This document shows, in pieces, positions 11,067 through 21,633 of a stretch of 64,000 bases of DNA. The DNA is from Methanobacteriota archaeon (GTDB lineage Archaea > Halobacteriota > Bog-38 > Methanoflorentales > Methanoflorentaceae). The notes beneath the pieces are model-generated. The model saw nothing but the letters and a program-made list of their open reading frames with translations. It did no database searches and was not told where the DNA came from. The position numbers and the translations under genes were made by a program. The stretch spans positions 2,249,765 through 2,313,764 of the forward strand of contig OY970393.1 in the NCBI GenBank assembly GCA_963720465.1. The letters are read 5' to 3'. Within the stretch, counting starts at the first letter, position 1; every line of letters begins with the position of its first letter.

Positions 11067-11531
11067 ATGGAAATGGGTTCACAAGTGCCGGCATTCTGTC
11101 TTCCGGATAAGGCCGGAGAGCAGCGGTGTTTAAGCGATTTCAAGGGTAAGTGGGTGGTCCTTTACTTCTACCCGAGAGACAACACCAGTGGCTGTACGAG
11201 AGAAGCTATGGATTTTAGCGAACAGCTACCGGATTTTGAGAAGCACAACGCAGCAATCATCGGAATAAGCCCTGATTCGCCTGCGAGTCATGAGAAATTC
11301 GCTGAAAAGCATCAACTTCGTGTAGTGCTTTTGAGTGACGAAAAGCATGAAGTGGCGGAAACGTATGACGTCTGGAAACTAAAACGCCTATACGGGAAAG
11401 AGTATCACGGCATTGAACGGAGCACCTTTCTCATAAACCCAGAAGGGAAGCTGGCCCAGGCTTGGAGAAACGTGAAAGTGAGCGGCCACGCTGATGCTGT
11501 CAAACGAACCCTCGAAGCGTTCATACAATAA
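11067..11531 (+). CDS. bcp: Peroxiredoxin Bcp/PrxQ
   Basis: LYFYPRDNTSGCTREA, GISPD and ERSTFLI motifs. Confidence 0.93.
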   Translation: MEMGSQVPAFCLPDKAGEQRCLSDFKGKWVVLYFYPRDNTSGCTREAMDFSEQLPDFEKHNAAIIGISPDSPASHEKFAEKHQLRVVLLSDEKHEVAETYDVWKLKRLYGKEYHGIERSTFLINPEGKLAQAWRNVKVSGHADAVKRTLEAFIQ

Positions 11532-11669
11532 AAACGGCCTCAACGAGTCAGATCTGAATCTGGTAGTCGTCGCGAAGAAGCGAGGGCAGCCCTACAAACC
11601 CGATTGCAGTAGATTACGCAGAATTTACGAGTACCGCCGCCGATCCGCTCAAAGTAGGTCACAAAGAGG

Positions 11670-11978
11670 TTACCATTCCGGTTCGCCCTCTGTGCCAAAT
11701 AAGCCGGAATAGAACAAGCCGTTGAAGCGATAGTCCTTGAGGTTGTCTGTAATCTCGTGCGATTCGTTGTTTTTGCTGCCCACTAACCTGCCATCTTCAA
11801 ACCATCTGAGAGTGTCATAGCGGGAAAGCGCCAGAATGACCTTCTGCTCAATGCGCTCTTCATCGGACCCTTCAGAACTCGCCGCTTTCACGTCGTCGAT
11901 CGCCCATTTCGAAACGTCAGGTTTCAGCCACTGGAGGAATTCTCCCACTAGCCACGGGTACACGATAAGCGAGCGCAT
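11670..11978 (-). CDS. Hypothetical protein, possibly a truncated restriction partner of the adjacent methyltransferase
   Basis: Co-oriented ORF immediately downstream of the DNA methyltransferase; no clear motif. Confidence 0.35.
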   Translation of the reverse strand: MRSLIVYPWLVGEFLQWLKPDVSKWAIDDVKAASSEGSDEERIEQKVILALSRYDTLRWFEDGRLVGSKNNESHEITDNLKDYRFNGLFYSGLFGTEGEPEW

Positions 11979-11993
11979 GCTACTCTCTGCCTT

Positions 11994-13334
11994 TTAGGTG
12001 GACTCATCATCCTTCTTGAAGATTAAAACCTTTTCCTTTTGCATTATGTTGTACAGGCCAAAGATGGTCTTGTCGATGCTTCTTGTGAGTCGCAGTCCAA
12101 TTCCGCTTGCGTGTTCCGTAATGAGCTCGGCAGATTGTAGTGACGTGCCGCCAAAGACGGCATTCCCAATAACGATCAGAGCGTATTTGTTTGGCTTCAA
12201 TACGCGCATCATCTCGTCTAAACAGCCCTTTATGTCCTCATCGTAAAGGCGTACCCGGTCTTTCATCCGACCCCGCAACCCAATGAACTGTTCCCGGATC
12301 TCACTCGTATCAAATCCAAGGGCCTCAAGCGCGTGCGCATCGTTCTTGATATAATCGAGTGCAATCGAGTACGGAGGAGACGTGATTATACCATCGATGC
12401 TGTTATCCCGCACAGGCAGTGCGCGCGCGTCGCCGCGTTCAATAGTTGCACATCCCAGCGTTAGGCCGAGGTCCTTTCGGATCTGATCGTAGTCGGCAAC
12501 CGACTGGACCATTAGTTTGGTTTTTGAGGCAAGTGCCGCAGCAGCGTCTTTTCTTCGTCGCACGCTATCGCTTAACGCTACCAGTTGGGCCAAGCGAAAG
12601 AAGTCCCCGACCCGTTGGTCTGTATCCACGGACATTGTCGACGTTGCTTCGTGCAGCGACGTGTTTGCCGCGTTTACTTTCGAAAGCTCCGCGCAGCGTT
12701 CTCGTATCTTGTCGATGACCTCGTGCGAGACGGTCTTGACCCTGCTCTGCAGAACGCACAGAGGCGAGGCATCGAACCCGACGCAGTTAACGCCCAATAA
12801 TTGGGCCTCGAGCGCCGTCGTGCCGCTTCCGACAAAGGGATCCAAGACGGTGTCTCCCGGTCCCAGTCCGATTATGTTGAGCGCCGCTCGGACCAATTGC
12901 GGGTGGAATTTGCCTTTGTAGGGATATATCCAGTGTGTGAGATACTGGTTGACCGAACGCGTGCGATTTTTTCGCGAAATGTAAACGTAATCGGTGTCCT
13001 CCCCTCTGACCGTTTGAAAATATGCGAGCTGCCTCTTGAGTCGTTCATTATCGTCGACATCGAGCAGCCTGAAGCTCGAACACCCGTCGGTCATCTCGAA
13101 AACGGCTCCCAGAGACCGGAGTTCGAGGCCCGCTAGGATGAGTTCGTAAATGAACTGAACGTTGTCAAATAGGCGCGCCTGGTCGTGTAACGGGCTTTCT
13201 TCTTGTTTTTTCAAAGGTGCGTTGTTTGCAAGGCGTGACTTGTCGTTCACGTTATTTTCTGCCTCATAACCGTTTTTTAAATGCAAAGATAAAGTGTAGG
13301 TGACTTTATCGCTGAGCCGTACAGAGGATCCCAC
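11994..13334 (-). CDS. Amino (N4C/N6A) DNA methyltransferase
   Basis: THWIYPYKGKFHPQ, VLDPFVGSGTT and ITSPPY motifs; true start probably downstream of 13334. Confidence 0.8.
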   Translation of the reverse strand: MGSSVRLSDKVTYTLSLHLKNGYEAENNVNDKSRLANNAPLKKQEESPLHDQARLFDNVQFIYELILAGLELRSLGAVFEMTDGCSSFRLLDVDDNERLKRQLAYFQTVRGEDTDYVYISRKNRTRSVNQYLTHWIYPYKGKFHPQLVRAALNIIGLGPGDTVLDPFVGSGTTALEAQLLGVNCVGFDASPLCVLQSRVKTVSHEVIDKIRERCAELSKVNAANTSLHEATSTMSVDTDQRVGDFFRLAQLVALSDSVRRRKDAAAALASKTKLMVQSVADYDQIRKDLGLTLGCATIERGDARALPVRDNSIDGIITSPPYSIALDYIKNDAHALEALGFDTSEIREQFIGLRGRMKDRVRLYDEDIKGCLDEMMRVLKPNKYALIVIGNAVFGGTSLQSAELITEHASGIGLRLTRSIDKTIFGLYNIMQKEKVLIFKKDDEST

Positions 13335-13732
13335 CGAGTCTTGCTCATTAGGCCCCGGTGGACCTTACAAAACTCAAACAGGTTTTGAACGACCTTCGAT
13401 TTAAAATTAATGCGCGAACGCCTTTCAGGCAGCGTGCTTTGCTATTCCTAAAAAAACACCTAACCGCAGTGTTAAAAAAAGCAAAAAAGGAAGCCAGGTT
13501 ATCCCTGGCTTAAATCGAATTCGATTTTAGCTTTTGCGACTGCCCTGATTAATGACTGACCTTATCAGGTCGCTCGTAAATCGATGACCGGTTACGGATC
13601 ACTGCAATAAGGGCACTCGCCTTTTTCTCTAATGCTCCCAGTTTTTGTAGCAGCGCCTACAGCTGAGATCAACTGTAGGCACTCGCCGTCGTTCTACAGT
13701 TGAACTGTATCACGACGTGCTGTCATTGCTAT

Positions 13733-14317
13733 TTAGTTACTGTCCGCGATTGCGGTGCCATTATCCCAAGCCACGGCAGGGCTAATGTTGACACTCTTGA
13801 TGACGACGTTGCTGTTGATAGCGACGTTGCTCTGGTCGTTGTCGCTTACGGTGTTATTGTTGCCAGTGACTGTTATGGTGTTTGTCTGGGTGATCTTTTG
13901 CGTGGTTGCAGTTGCTTGGCTGTTTCCACTCGCGCTCGCGGCCGCGGCTCCCTTAGTAGCGACTGCGGCTGGCGTAACGACTGCTGGGGCGACGACTCCA
14001 ACGACTCCCGGCGTAACGGCTGCTGGCTTTGCCGCGTAGTAGACTGGCTTGTAGACTGGCTTAAAGACTGGCATTGCCGAGACGGTCTTTACTTCACAGC
14101 ACTGAGTGACTACGCAGCACGCGACTGTTGGACAGCAGCATGTCGTGGGGCACGCACAGCTGCAGCACGTTGATGTCACGCAGCTCGTGCACTGAGCACA
14201 TACCGTCGCTGCACTAGTGCTTGTCGTGGCCTTGGCGGCGCACTGGGCTGAAACTGTGCCCGTCGCTGCAAGTGCCACAAAAGCGAGCACTAATAGAGAC
14301 ACGATAACTTTTTTCAT
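13733..14317 (-). CDS. Secreted Cys/Thr-rich protein (CAQCTSC family)
   Basis: Signal peptide, CAQCTSC followed by CC/CCC clusters; GGAG Shine-Dalgarno sequence. Confidence 0.75.
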   Translation of the reverse strand: MKKVIVSLLVLAFVALAATGTVSAQCAAKATTSTSAATVCAQCTSCVTSTCCSCACPTTCCCPTVACCVVTQCCEVKTVSAMPVFKPVYKPVYYAAKPAAVTPGVVGVVAPAVVTPAAVATKGAAAASASGNSQATATTQKITQTNTITVTGNNNTVSDNDQSNVAINSNVVIKSVNISPAVAWDNGTAIADSN

Positions 14318-14732
14318 GATTCATCTCCTTTTGTTTAACACAGAGGGCTTATGCCCAACTTCTATGTCGTAACTCCTCTTTTTTCTAAGATATAAAAAGG
14401 TTTTGATATTGTTGGATGGTAAATTGCACTTAAATGGCCATATTGAGCGCTCATGTAAGTCTTTTTCAGTTACGCTTCGCGGCGTAGGAAATGCTCAACG
14501 TTTCGGCTGATTGCGTCAGCCCGCGGCTCATCTTGGGAAGAGCCAGAGAAAAAAAAGTCCGCGCGCTGTACAGCAGCAAGCGCCGTCCTTTTCGCTTCAG
14601 CTATGGCTCGTTGAAGGCTTAAGAAACAAAAAGCCTGGAGATGAGCTCCCGGCTCTAAAAGCTGTTTGAAAAAAGCTAGTTCATTTGGCTAAACGCGATC
14701 ACGCGAGATCGATAAGAGTTAGGCGTGTGGCG

Positions 14733-15137
14733 TTATGCAAGCCGGCACGTAGGACACGTTACCGCGTGTTGGACAGGCGCGAACGCACTGTGCCTGCAGG
14801 CCATTGTCGGATAATTCGCGCACTTCATCGTTGTCGGATAATTCGCGCACTTCATCGTTGTCGTAGGACACGCTGAAGTCTTTTGACAGCTCGTACACTG
14901 AGCGCACGTTGTCGTAGGACACGCTGAAGTCTTTTGACAGCTCGTACACTGAGCGCACGTTGTCGTAGGACACGCTGAAGTCTTTTGACAGCTCGTACAC
15001 TGAGCGCACGTTGTCGCAGCGCATGCGCTTGTACTAGTCGTGGTTGCGGGCTTAGCCGCGCACTGGGCTGAAACTGTGCCTGTTGCTGCGAGCGCCACAA
15101 AAACGAGCGCTAGTAGAGATACAATTACTTTCTTCAT
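14733..15137 (-). CDS. Secreted Cys/Thr-rich repeat protein (CAQCTSC family)
   Basis: Near-identical signal peptide to 13733-14317; three CAQCTSCQKTSACPTTT repeats. Confidence 0.75.
   Translation of the reverse strand: MKKVIVSLLALVFVALAATGTVSAQCAAKPATTTSTSACAATTCAQCTSCQKTSACPTTTCAQCTSCQKTSACPTTTCAQCTSCQKTSACPTTTMKCANYPTTMKCANYPTMACRHSAFAPVQHAVTCPTCRLA
14803..15016. repeat. Intragenic tandem repeats: 3 x 51 bp and 2 x 27 bp
   Basis: 51-bp unit starts at 14856, 14907 and 14958; 27-bp unit encodes TMKCANYPT. Confidence 0.9.
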
Positions 15138-15459
15138 TCTAGTTCTCCTGTTTTACTGATTGAGGGCTTCGATGCCCTTGCGTCTGTCGCTCTTTTTCCA
15201 ATGATATAAATATATTCTGCATAGAATATTATTTCTGAGTAAACCTTTCGAGCTTATGAGGCCCTTAAGAGCAAATTAGCGTTTGAGTGCTTTCTTATGC
15301 ATGCGTCCTCCGTTAGCAGTTTTAATGTGCTCCTCCTCGTGGGGTCGTGAGCCTGTGTCAGCGTCTAGGGCGAAATGGACGGCTCGCGTTTTTCCTGTGG
15401 GACAAGGGCTGCTCACCGTTGCGCAAGGTATATATCCGCGCGATTTGAGATCGAATGAC

Positions 15460-16155
15460 ATGCAATCTAATCCAGCTAGTGCCTCAACAAGCGCAACAGC
15501 AAATACACAAGCCGCGAGAGGAATTCCGCTGATCGGGGACAGATTCCCGCAGATGGAAGTTCAAACGACGCACGGCAAGATGACGCTGCCGGATGTTTTT
15601 AGCGGCAAGTGGTTCGTGCTTTTTAGTCACCCTGCAGATTTTACGCCGGTGTGCACGACTGAGTTTGTGGCCTTTGCTAAACGATATGACGAATTCCAAA
15701 AGCTTGACTGTGAGCTCATCGGACTGTCCGTTGATCAAATAATAGCGCACATGAAGTGGACCGAGTGGATCCAGCAGAACCTGGACGTCGAAATTCCGTT
15801 CCCGATTATTGCGGACACCGGCAAAGTAGCCTCGATGCTGGGGATGATTCACCCTAACAAGGCGTCGAATACCGTGCGCGCAGTGTTCATTGTCGATCCG
15901 AAAAGCACCGTTCGGTTGATTATCTATTATCCGCAGGAAGTCGGCAGAAATATGGACGAAATTCTTCGAGCCGTGAAAGCTCTCCAAACCGCTGACAAAT
16001 ACGGCGTCGCCATGCCCGCTGGGTGGCCGCAAAACGAGCTTATCGGGAAGAAGGTACTCATACCACCGCCGGCCGATGAAAAGACGGCAAAAGAACGCGC
16101 TAAAATGTATGAAAACTACGACTGGTGGTTCTGCTACAAAGAGCTCGAAGAGTGA
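15460..16155 (+). CDS. Peroxiredoxin (Prx6/archaeal type)
   Basis: [24 protein letters not shown] and DWWFC motifs. Confidence 0.95.
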   Translation: MQSNPASASTSATANTQAARGIPLIGDRFPQMEVQTTHGKMTLPDVFSGKWFVLFSHPADFTPVCTTEFVAFAKRYDEFQKLDCELIGLSVDQIIAHMKWTEWIQQNLDVEIPFPIIADTGKVASMLGMIHPNKASNTVRAVFIVDPKSTVRLIIYYPQEVGRNMDEILRAVKALQTADKYGVAMPAGWPQNELIGKKVLIPPPADEKTAKERAKMYENYDWWFCYKELEE

Positions 16156-16225
16156 TGTCCTACGGCTCAGGCAGTATTCATCCGCGAAGCCCTGAGAAAG
16201 CAGGACATGATAAGCCGCGTGTATA

Positions 16226-16591
16226 ATGGAGGATGCGTTGACCGATACAGATCTGCCGCGTGAAAATGTGCAGGCGGGTTTGTTCTACGTGTCGCCAGAG
16301 GAGCTCGCTCGAAGACTGCATTCAGACCGGGCGCCGCTGGTGCTCGACGTGCGAGACCCTCCCGAATTAGGGGGGGAGTTGGGGCAGCTGTCTGGCGCCC
16401 TGAATATCCCGCTCGGGCAGCTTAAACAACGGGTAGGCGAACTCTCGACTCACAAAAGCCGGGACATCGTTGTTGTGTGCCGCACGGGAAGACGCTCAGA
16501 GGCCGCCGCTCGACTTCTTCAGGATATGGGATTTGAGCGGGTCTCCGTCTTGAAGGGTGGCATGACGGCGTGGCGGGACGCGCACCGATGA
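16226..16591 (+). CDS. Rhodanese-like domain protein
   Basis: LDVR, CRTGRRS and LKGGMTAW motifs. Confidence 0.9.
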   Translation: MEDALTDTDLPRENVQAGLFYVSPEELARRLHSDRAPLVLDVRDPPELGGELGQLSGALNIPLGQLKQRVGELSTHKSRDIVVVCRTGRRSEAAARLLQDMGFERVSVLKGGMTAWRDAHR

Positions 16592-16772
16592 ACAGCGCCT
16601 GACGGTTCCATTGCCGGCGCCCTCCAAGCGTGCACCTCCCAGCGGGGCCAAAAACACCGCACGAAGATCGCTCGTTTGGGCGCCTCTTTTTGTTTGTGAC
16701 AACACCCATCAAGAAAGGGCGCTGCCCCCGTCGTTTAGGGAGGGTGAGCAAACGACTGGCGCAGTTGCGACG

Positions 16773-18141
16773 CTAGCCTCTTTCGAGCGGATATCTTCGG
16801 CTTTTCCAAGCCCTGATCGCGCCGAGAACGTTGTAGACGCTTGCGTACCCGTGGTGTGCTAGAATGCTCGCAGCGAGACTGGCACGCCCTCCCCAGGAAC
16901 AGTGTACGGCGAGGGGCGTATCCCGTGGCACACGTGCAACTTGCTGTTTGAGGTATCCTACGAAGAGGTGCTGTGCCCCTTTGATGTGACCATCCCTCCA
17001 CTCGTGATCGTCGCGGACGTCGAGCACGATGACAGCCGCGCGGTCCACGGCATTTTTCAGCTGCTCAACCGAACACGTCTTGAGCCGCGCGATTGGCTTT
17101 CCGCGGTTCCGCCAGTCGGGCATTCCGTTACAGAGATAGGTAGCGACGTTGTCAAAGCCAAGCCGATTCAGATACGTCTGAGCCACCTTGGCGTCCCCCG
17201 GTCTTTCGGTAACGAGCGCAACGGACTCGTCAGCATCTAACACCCATCCGGGATAGATGCTGACACCATCCAGCCATATGCTGAGTGACCCAGGAATGTG
17301 CGATCCGGCAAATGCCCCTGGCTCTCGCGTGTCGATAGTGGTTGTCGCGTTAGCCTCAATAATTCTCTCGAACTCGTCAGGGTCTGCCTCACGGAGCGTC
17401 CGAGGCATCGGAGGTGGGCCTTGAACATTAAGCTCCTGTGTTCTGCTGAAGTAAGGCGGCAGCGAGAGCTCCTGCTGGGTCAGGTAGCGCACGAAACCGT
17501 CTTCGTCCAGCTGAAGCAGCGGATTCGATTGGCGTTCGTAGCCCACGGTGCTGTACCGATCTGGTACTCATGTGGTTTCCGCAGACGCTTCCCGCGCCGT
17601 GGGCCGGATACACGAGAGCGTGATCACCAAGCGGCAAGAGTTTTTCAAAGATGCTGCTATGGAGCTTCTTTGACTGTGCGTGGGCTAACTCAGTTCCGAG
17701 GAGATCAATCCGCCCGACATCGCCCGCGAAGAGCGCGTCTCCCGTAAACACAATGAGCGGCACGCGGCTATCAAGCCGCTCGTAGACGACAAAGCAAAGG
17801 CTGTCGTTGGTGTGTCCGGGCGTGCTGAGGACTTCAACCTTCAGGTCGCCGACACGGAACGTTTCGCCTTGGGCAAGGTTATGGTCTCCGTATCGAAAAT
17901 GGGTTTCCTTGCTGTGGCCGATTTCTGCGTCGGTCCGCCGTTGAAGGTCGAGAGAACCGGCGACAAAATCCTCGTTGCAGTGCGTCTCGAAGATGTACTT
18001 AATTTCGGTGCACTCACGTACTGCCAGTTCGGCATAGATCGCGCAGTCTCGACGAGGATCTACGACCATCGCCTCGTTGTGGTCAGACAGGAAGTAGCTT
18101 TTGTGTGCCAGCCCCTCGGCCGTTACAGTCTCCAGCAGCAT
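16773..18141 (-). pseudogene. MBL-fold hydrolase with two rhodanese domains, split by frameshift
   Basis: ETHCNEDF, TPGHT, FTGD and PAHGAGSVCG in ORF 17428-18141; rhodanese domains in ORF 16773-17546; frame change near 17550. Confidence 0.8.
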
Positions 18142-18453
18142 TCGTACCTACTTGGGCCTTCGCGTTTATCACATTTTCTCGCCACAGTGAGAAACTCTGC
18201 ATGCCACACCCCCCCATCGTGCTCGTCCGATAGCCTTGTAAATGGCAATCCGGACCTAACGCGGTACTATCGGGCACCGCAGGCCATCTGTGCGAATCGC
18301 GGAGCCAAGTGGCGAGGCAGGCTACGACAAGGATGCTGTAGATCGTCGTCCAGAGCGCTTATCTTCGTAACAAGCTAACCCCTCATGTTGTGAGTCAGCG
18401 TCGTGTGGCGAAGAAGCCGTGAAACTGCTGTGCAGCGTCATTCAGGAGCTCAT

Positions 18454-18889
18454 TTATGGTGAGGATTCGATGAGATGAAACCCGCGTTCGGTTAGCAATC
18501 CGGCCGCTTTCTTTAGGTCGCTTGCTTGGAGAATCAAGATCGCCTTATTCGGCGTTGCGCTCGTGTAAGCGTAGGCGTAATCGATGTTTATGGCGTTGTC
18601 GGAGAGCGCACGGCTGATCTCGAACAAGGCCCCAGGCGTGTCGTGTATTTCAAGGCCGACACCTTTGTTTCAGAGACGGAAAAACCGCCCTTCTTAGGTG
18701 GCGCAGAGACGCGTCTGCATCATCAACGACGAACCGAATGATGCCGAATTCGCCGCTATCAGCGATCGTAAAGGCGCGTACGTTTATGCCGTTTTCAGAG
18801 AGTATTTTCGTCGCGCTTGCAAGCCGGCCAGGTTTATTCTCGGCAAAAAGCGTGATCTGCTTCAACAGTTTGTTTGTGACCATTCGCAT
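18454..18889 (-). pseudogene. ACT domain protein (paaK-associated), frameshifted
   Basis: QITLFAENKPGRLA...ADSGEFGIIRFVVD, with the second half (PGAL..., INIDYAY) in another frame. Confidence 0.8.
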
Positions 18890-18904
18890 TACGACCTCGT
18901 TAGC

Positions 18905-20203
18905 CTAAATATGTCGCAGGTCGATGACCTTCTGCGACTTTCCCGATGACCGAGGCAGGGTGCCTCGTTCCACGAGTTCCACCTTTGCGTTAACCATGAG
19001 CACATCGCGGAGCTGCTTCGCGACCCGTTCTTCCAGCTGCATCAACGCGCCGACTCGGTCGCTCAGCGTGCTCTCCGTTACTTCAATCTTAACCGCCATG
19101 ACGTCCATGGGGCCGGCTCGGTCGACCACGATCTGGAAGTGGTCACCGACTTCCGGAATTTGCATGAGCACCGATTCGATCTGGCTCGGAAACACGTTCA
19201 CGCCTCTGACCACGATCATATCGTCAACGCGCCCTTGAATGCGCATGATTCTCGGATGGGTCCGACCACACTCGCACTCTTCCCACACCAGCGAGGTGAT
19301 ACCACCCATCTCGACCGGATGAGCGGCAGGGCTTCCTTTGACAGCGTCGTGACAACGAGTTCGCCTTTTTCGCCCTCTTCGACGGGGCTGCCATAATCGT
19401 CGACGATCTCGATCAAGAAGTGATCCGCCCACGCGTGGATGCCATTCTGAGCGGAACATTCGGTAAAGAGCGGACCGCTCATCTCAGACGTGCCGTAGAT
19501 GTCATAGGCCTTGATCCCAAGGTTCTGCTCGATGCGTGTGCGCGATTCTAGCGACCAGGGCTCGGCTCCAAGGATGCCCGCTCGCAGTCGCGTCTGCGAT
19601 GCTATGTCGATGTTCATTGACTCGGCGACTTCACCGATGTGGAGCAGATACGAGGGCGTGCACGCGATCGCCGTCGTTCCCAGGTCTTTCATGAGGCTTA
19701 TCTGTCACGTCGTGGTGCCAGCGCCTACAGGGAGGACGGCTGCGCCAATCTGCTCGACGCCGTAATGAAGGCCAAGCCCTCCCGTAAACAATCCATAGGC
19801 GTAGGCGACTTGGACGACGTCACCGCGCCCGAGCCCGCACGCGGTCAGCGAGCGCGCCAAGCAGGTCGTCCAAACGTCAATGTCGTTGGCGCTGTAGCCG
19901 ACAACGGTCGGGACGCCTGTCGTACCGCTTGAAACGTGAAATCGCACGATCTGGCTCTGTGGCACTGAGAACATGCCGGTCGGATAGGTGTCCCGCAGAT
20001 CGGTCTTGTGCGTGAACGGCAGCTGCTGGATATCCTCGAGTGATCGTATGTCGTGCGGAGAAACGCCGGCTGCCGCAAAACGCTTCTTGTAGAAACTGGA
20101 GTATTCGTACGCGTTTTCGACTAACCGTCTAAGCTTGCGTTCTTGCAGCTGTTTGAGCTCTTCCGCGGACAATCGTTCGACTTTCGGGTTCCAGTACCTC
20201 CAT
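18905..20203 (-). pseudogene. paaK: Phenylacetate-CoA ligase family, multiply frameshifted
   Basis: SSGTTG, YGLFTGGLGLHYG, YGTSE and GRVDDMIVVRGVNVFPSQIE motifs spread over three or more frames. Confidence 0.88.
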
Positions 20204-20638
20204 GGCGATATCAGCCTCTCTCAATCTGGCACGTACTCAATGCCATTTTAGTACTTTAACGTTATGAGTCGCAGCATGCAGTCTAACAGCCCGTCAGGGG
20301 CGTTAGGGCGCTCCAAAAGTGCATCAAGGAATGTTGAACAGCTCGGGCAGCGGCTCTGGCAGTGACCAAGGATGGTGAAGTATTGTGCGTTCGCCGCACA
20401 GCGATCTAAGCTTGGCGCGGCTCAGTTTCTCGGTCTTGTGGTTTCCTGAGAGCGGCGTGTAATCAGTTAGGTCTTGCCATGGATGCCCTCTGTCTCGAGT
20501 GAGCGCGCGAAGAATGCTGACCACGTTATACTACCGAGTAATATATCAACAAGTTATATATAGAAACTGAAACTACTAAATAATACACACAAATGTGCTG
20601 AGTGCGCTTAAACCCACTCACGTGCTTTTTATGCCCTC

Positions 20639-21631
20639 GTGATCAAAATGAAAGCCATCGAAACAAAAGATCTCGTAAAGCGGTTTGAAGACGTTGAAGC
20701 CGTGAAAGGAATCAATTTGGAAATTGAAGAAGGGGAGCTTTTCGGGCTGCTCGGACCCAACGGAGCCGGCAAGACGACGACCATCTCCATGCTGTGCACC
20801 ATTACGAAGCCCACGAGCGGCTCAGCGAGCGTCTTCGGGCACGACGTGAAAAAAGAATCCAGCACCGTGCGCGGAATGATAGGCATCGTGTTTCAGGACC
20901 CCAGTCTCGACGATAACCTCACCGGGAAGGAAAACCTCGACTTCCACGGCCGGCTCTACAAGGTGCCCAGAAATGAAATTTCCGGGAGAATCCGCGACGT
21001 TCTCGAGCTCGTTGAACTCGCCGATAAGGCGAACGTGATCGTTAAGAAGTATTCTGGTGGTATGAAGCGGCGGTTGGAGATCGCGCGCGGCCTGCTTCAC
21101 CACCCTAAGGTGCTCTTTCTCGATGAGCCCACGCTCGGGCTTGACCCGCAGACCCGGCTTCATATCTGGGAGTACATAGAGAAGCTCAATAGAGAAAAGA
21201 AGATCACGATGATCCTAACCACGCACTACATGGACGAAGCCGATAAGTTGTGCGACCGCATCGCCATTATCGACCACGGGAAGATCGTTGCGATGGACAC
21301 TCCCGAGAACCTTAAACACGACGTTGGCGGCGACGTCGTGACCATGACGGTGCCACACGGGAGTGAGCAGCTCAAGACTAAACTCGAACAGCTCGAATTC
21401 GTGAAGTCGAGCCAACTCGTTGACGGCACATTGAGGCTCAGCGTCGACAAAGGCGACACCGCGATACCGATTTTCATGGACGTGGCGCGTCAAGAGGGGA
21501 TCCCCGTGCCCTCGATTTCGCTTCACGAGCCCACGCTGGAGGACATCTTCATCAAGTACACGGGACGGGAGATTCGGGCTCAGGAGGCCGCGAGCGGGTT
21601 CGCTGCGTTCCACGGCCCGGGGAGACGCTAG
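20639..21631 (+). CDS. ABC transporter ATP-binding protein (DrrA-like)
   Basis: GPNGAGKTT, YSGGMKRRLEIA, LDEPT and TTHYMDEA motifs. Confidence 0.95.
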   Translation: MIKMKAIETKDLVKRFEDVEAVKGINLEIEEGELFGLLGPNGAGKTTTISMLCTITKPTSGSASVFGHDVKKESSTVRGMIGIVFQDPSLDDNLTGKENLDFHGRLYKVPRNEISGRIRDVLELVELADKANVIVKKYSGGMKRRLEIARGLLHHPKVLFLDEPTLGLDPQTRLHIWEYIEKLNREKKITMILTTHYMDEADKLCDRIAIIDHGKIVAMDTPENLKHDVGGDVVTMTVPHGSEQLKTKLEQLEFVKSSQLVDGTLRLSVDKGDTAIPIFMDVARQEGIPVPSISLHEPTLEDIFIKYTGREIRAQEAASGFAAFHGPGRR

Positions 21632-21633
21632 CG

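Noticed and set aside
14803-15016. Regular repeats resembling a CRISPR array
   Set aside because: Units are head-to-tail with no unique spacers, have lengths divisible by 3 and lie in frame within a CDS.
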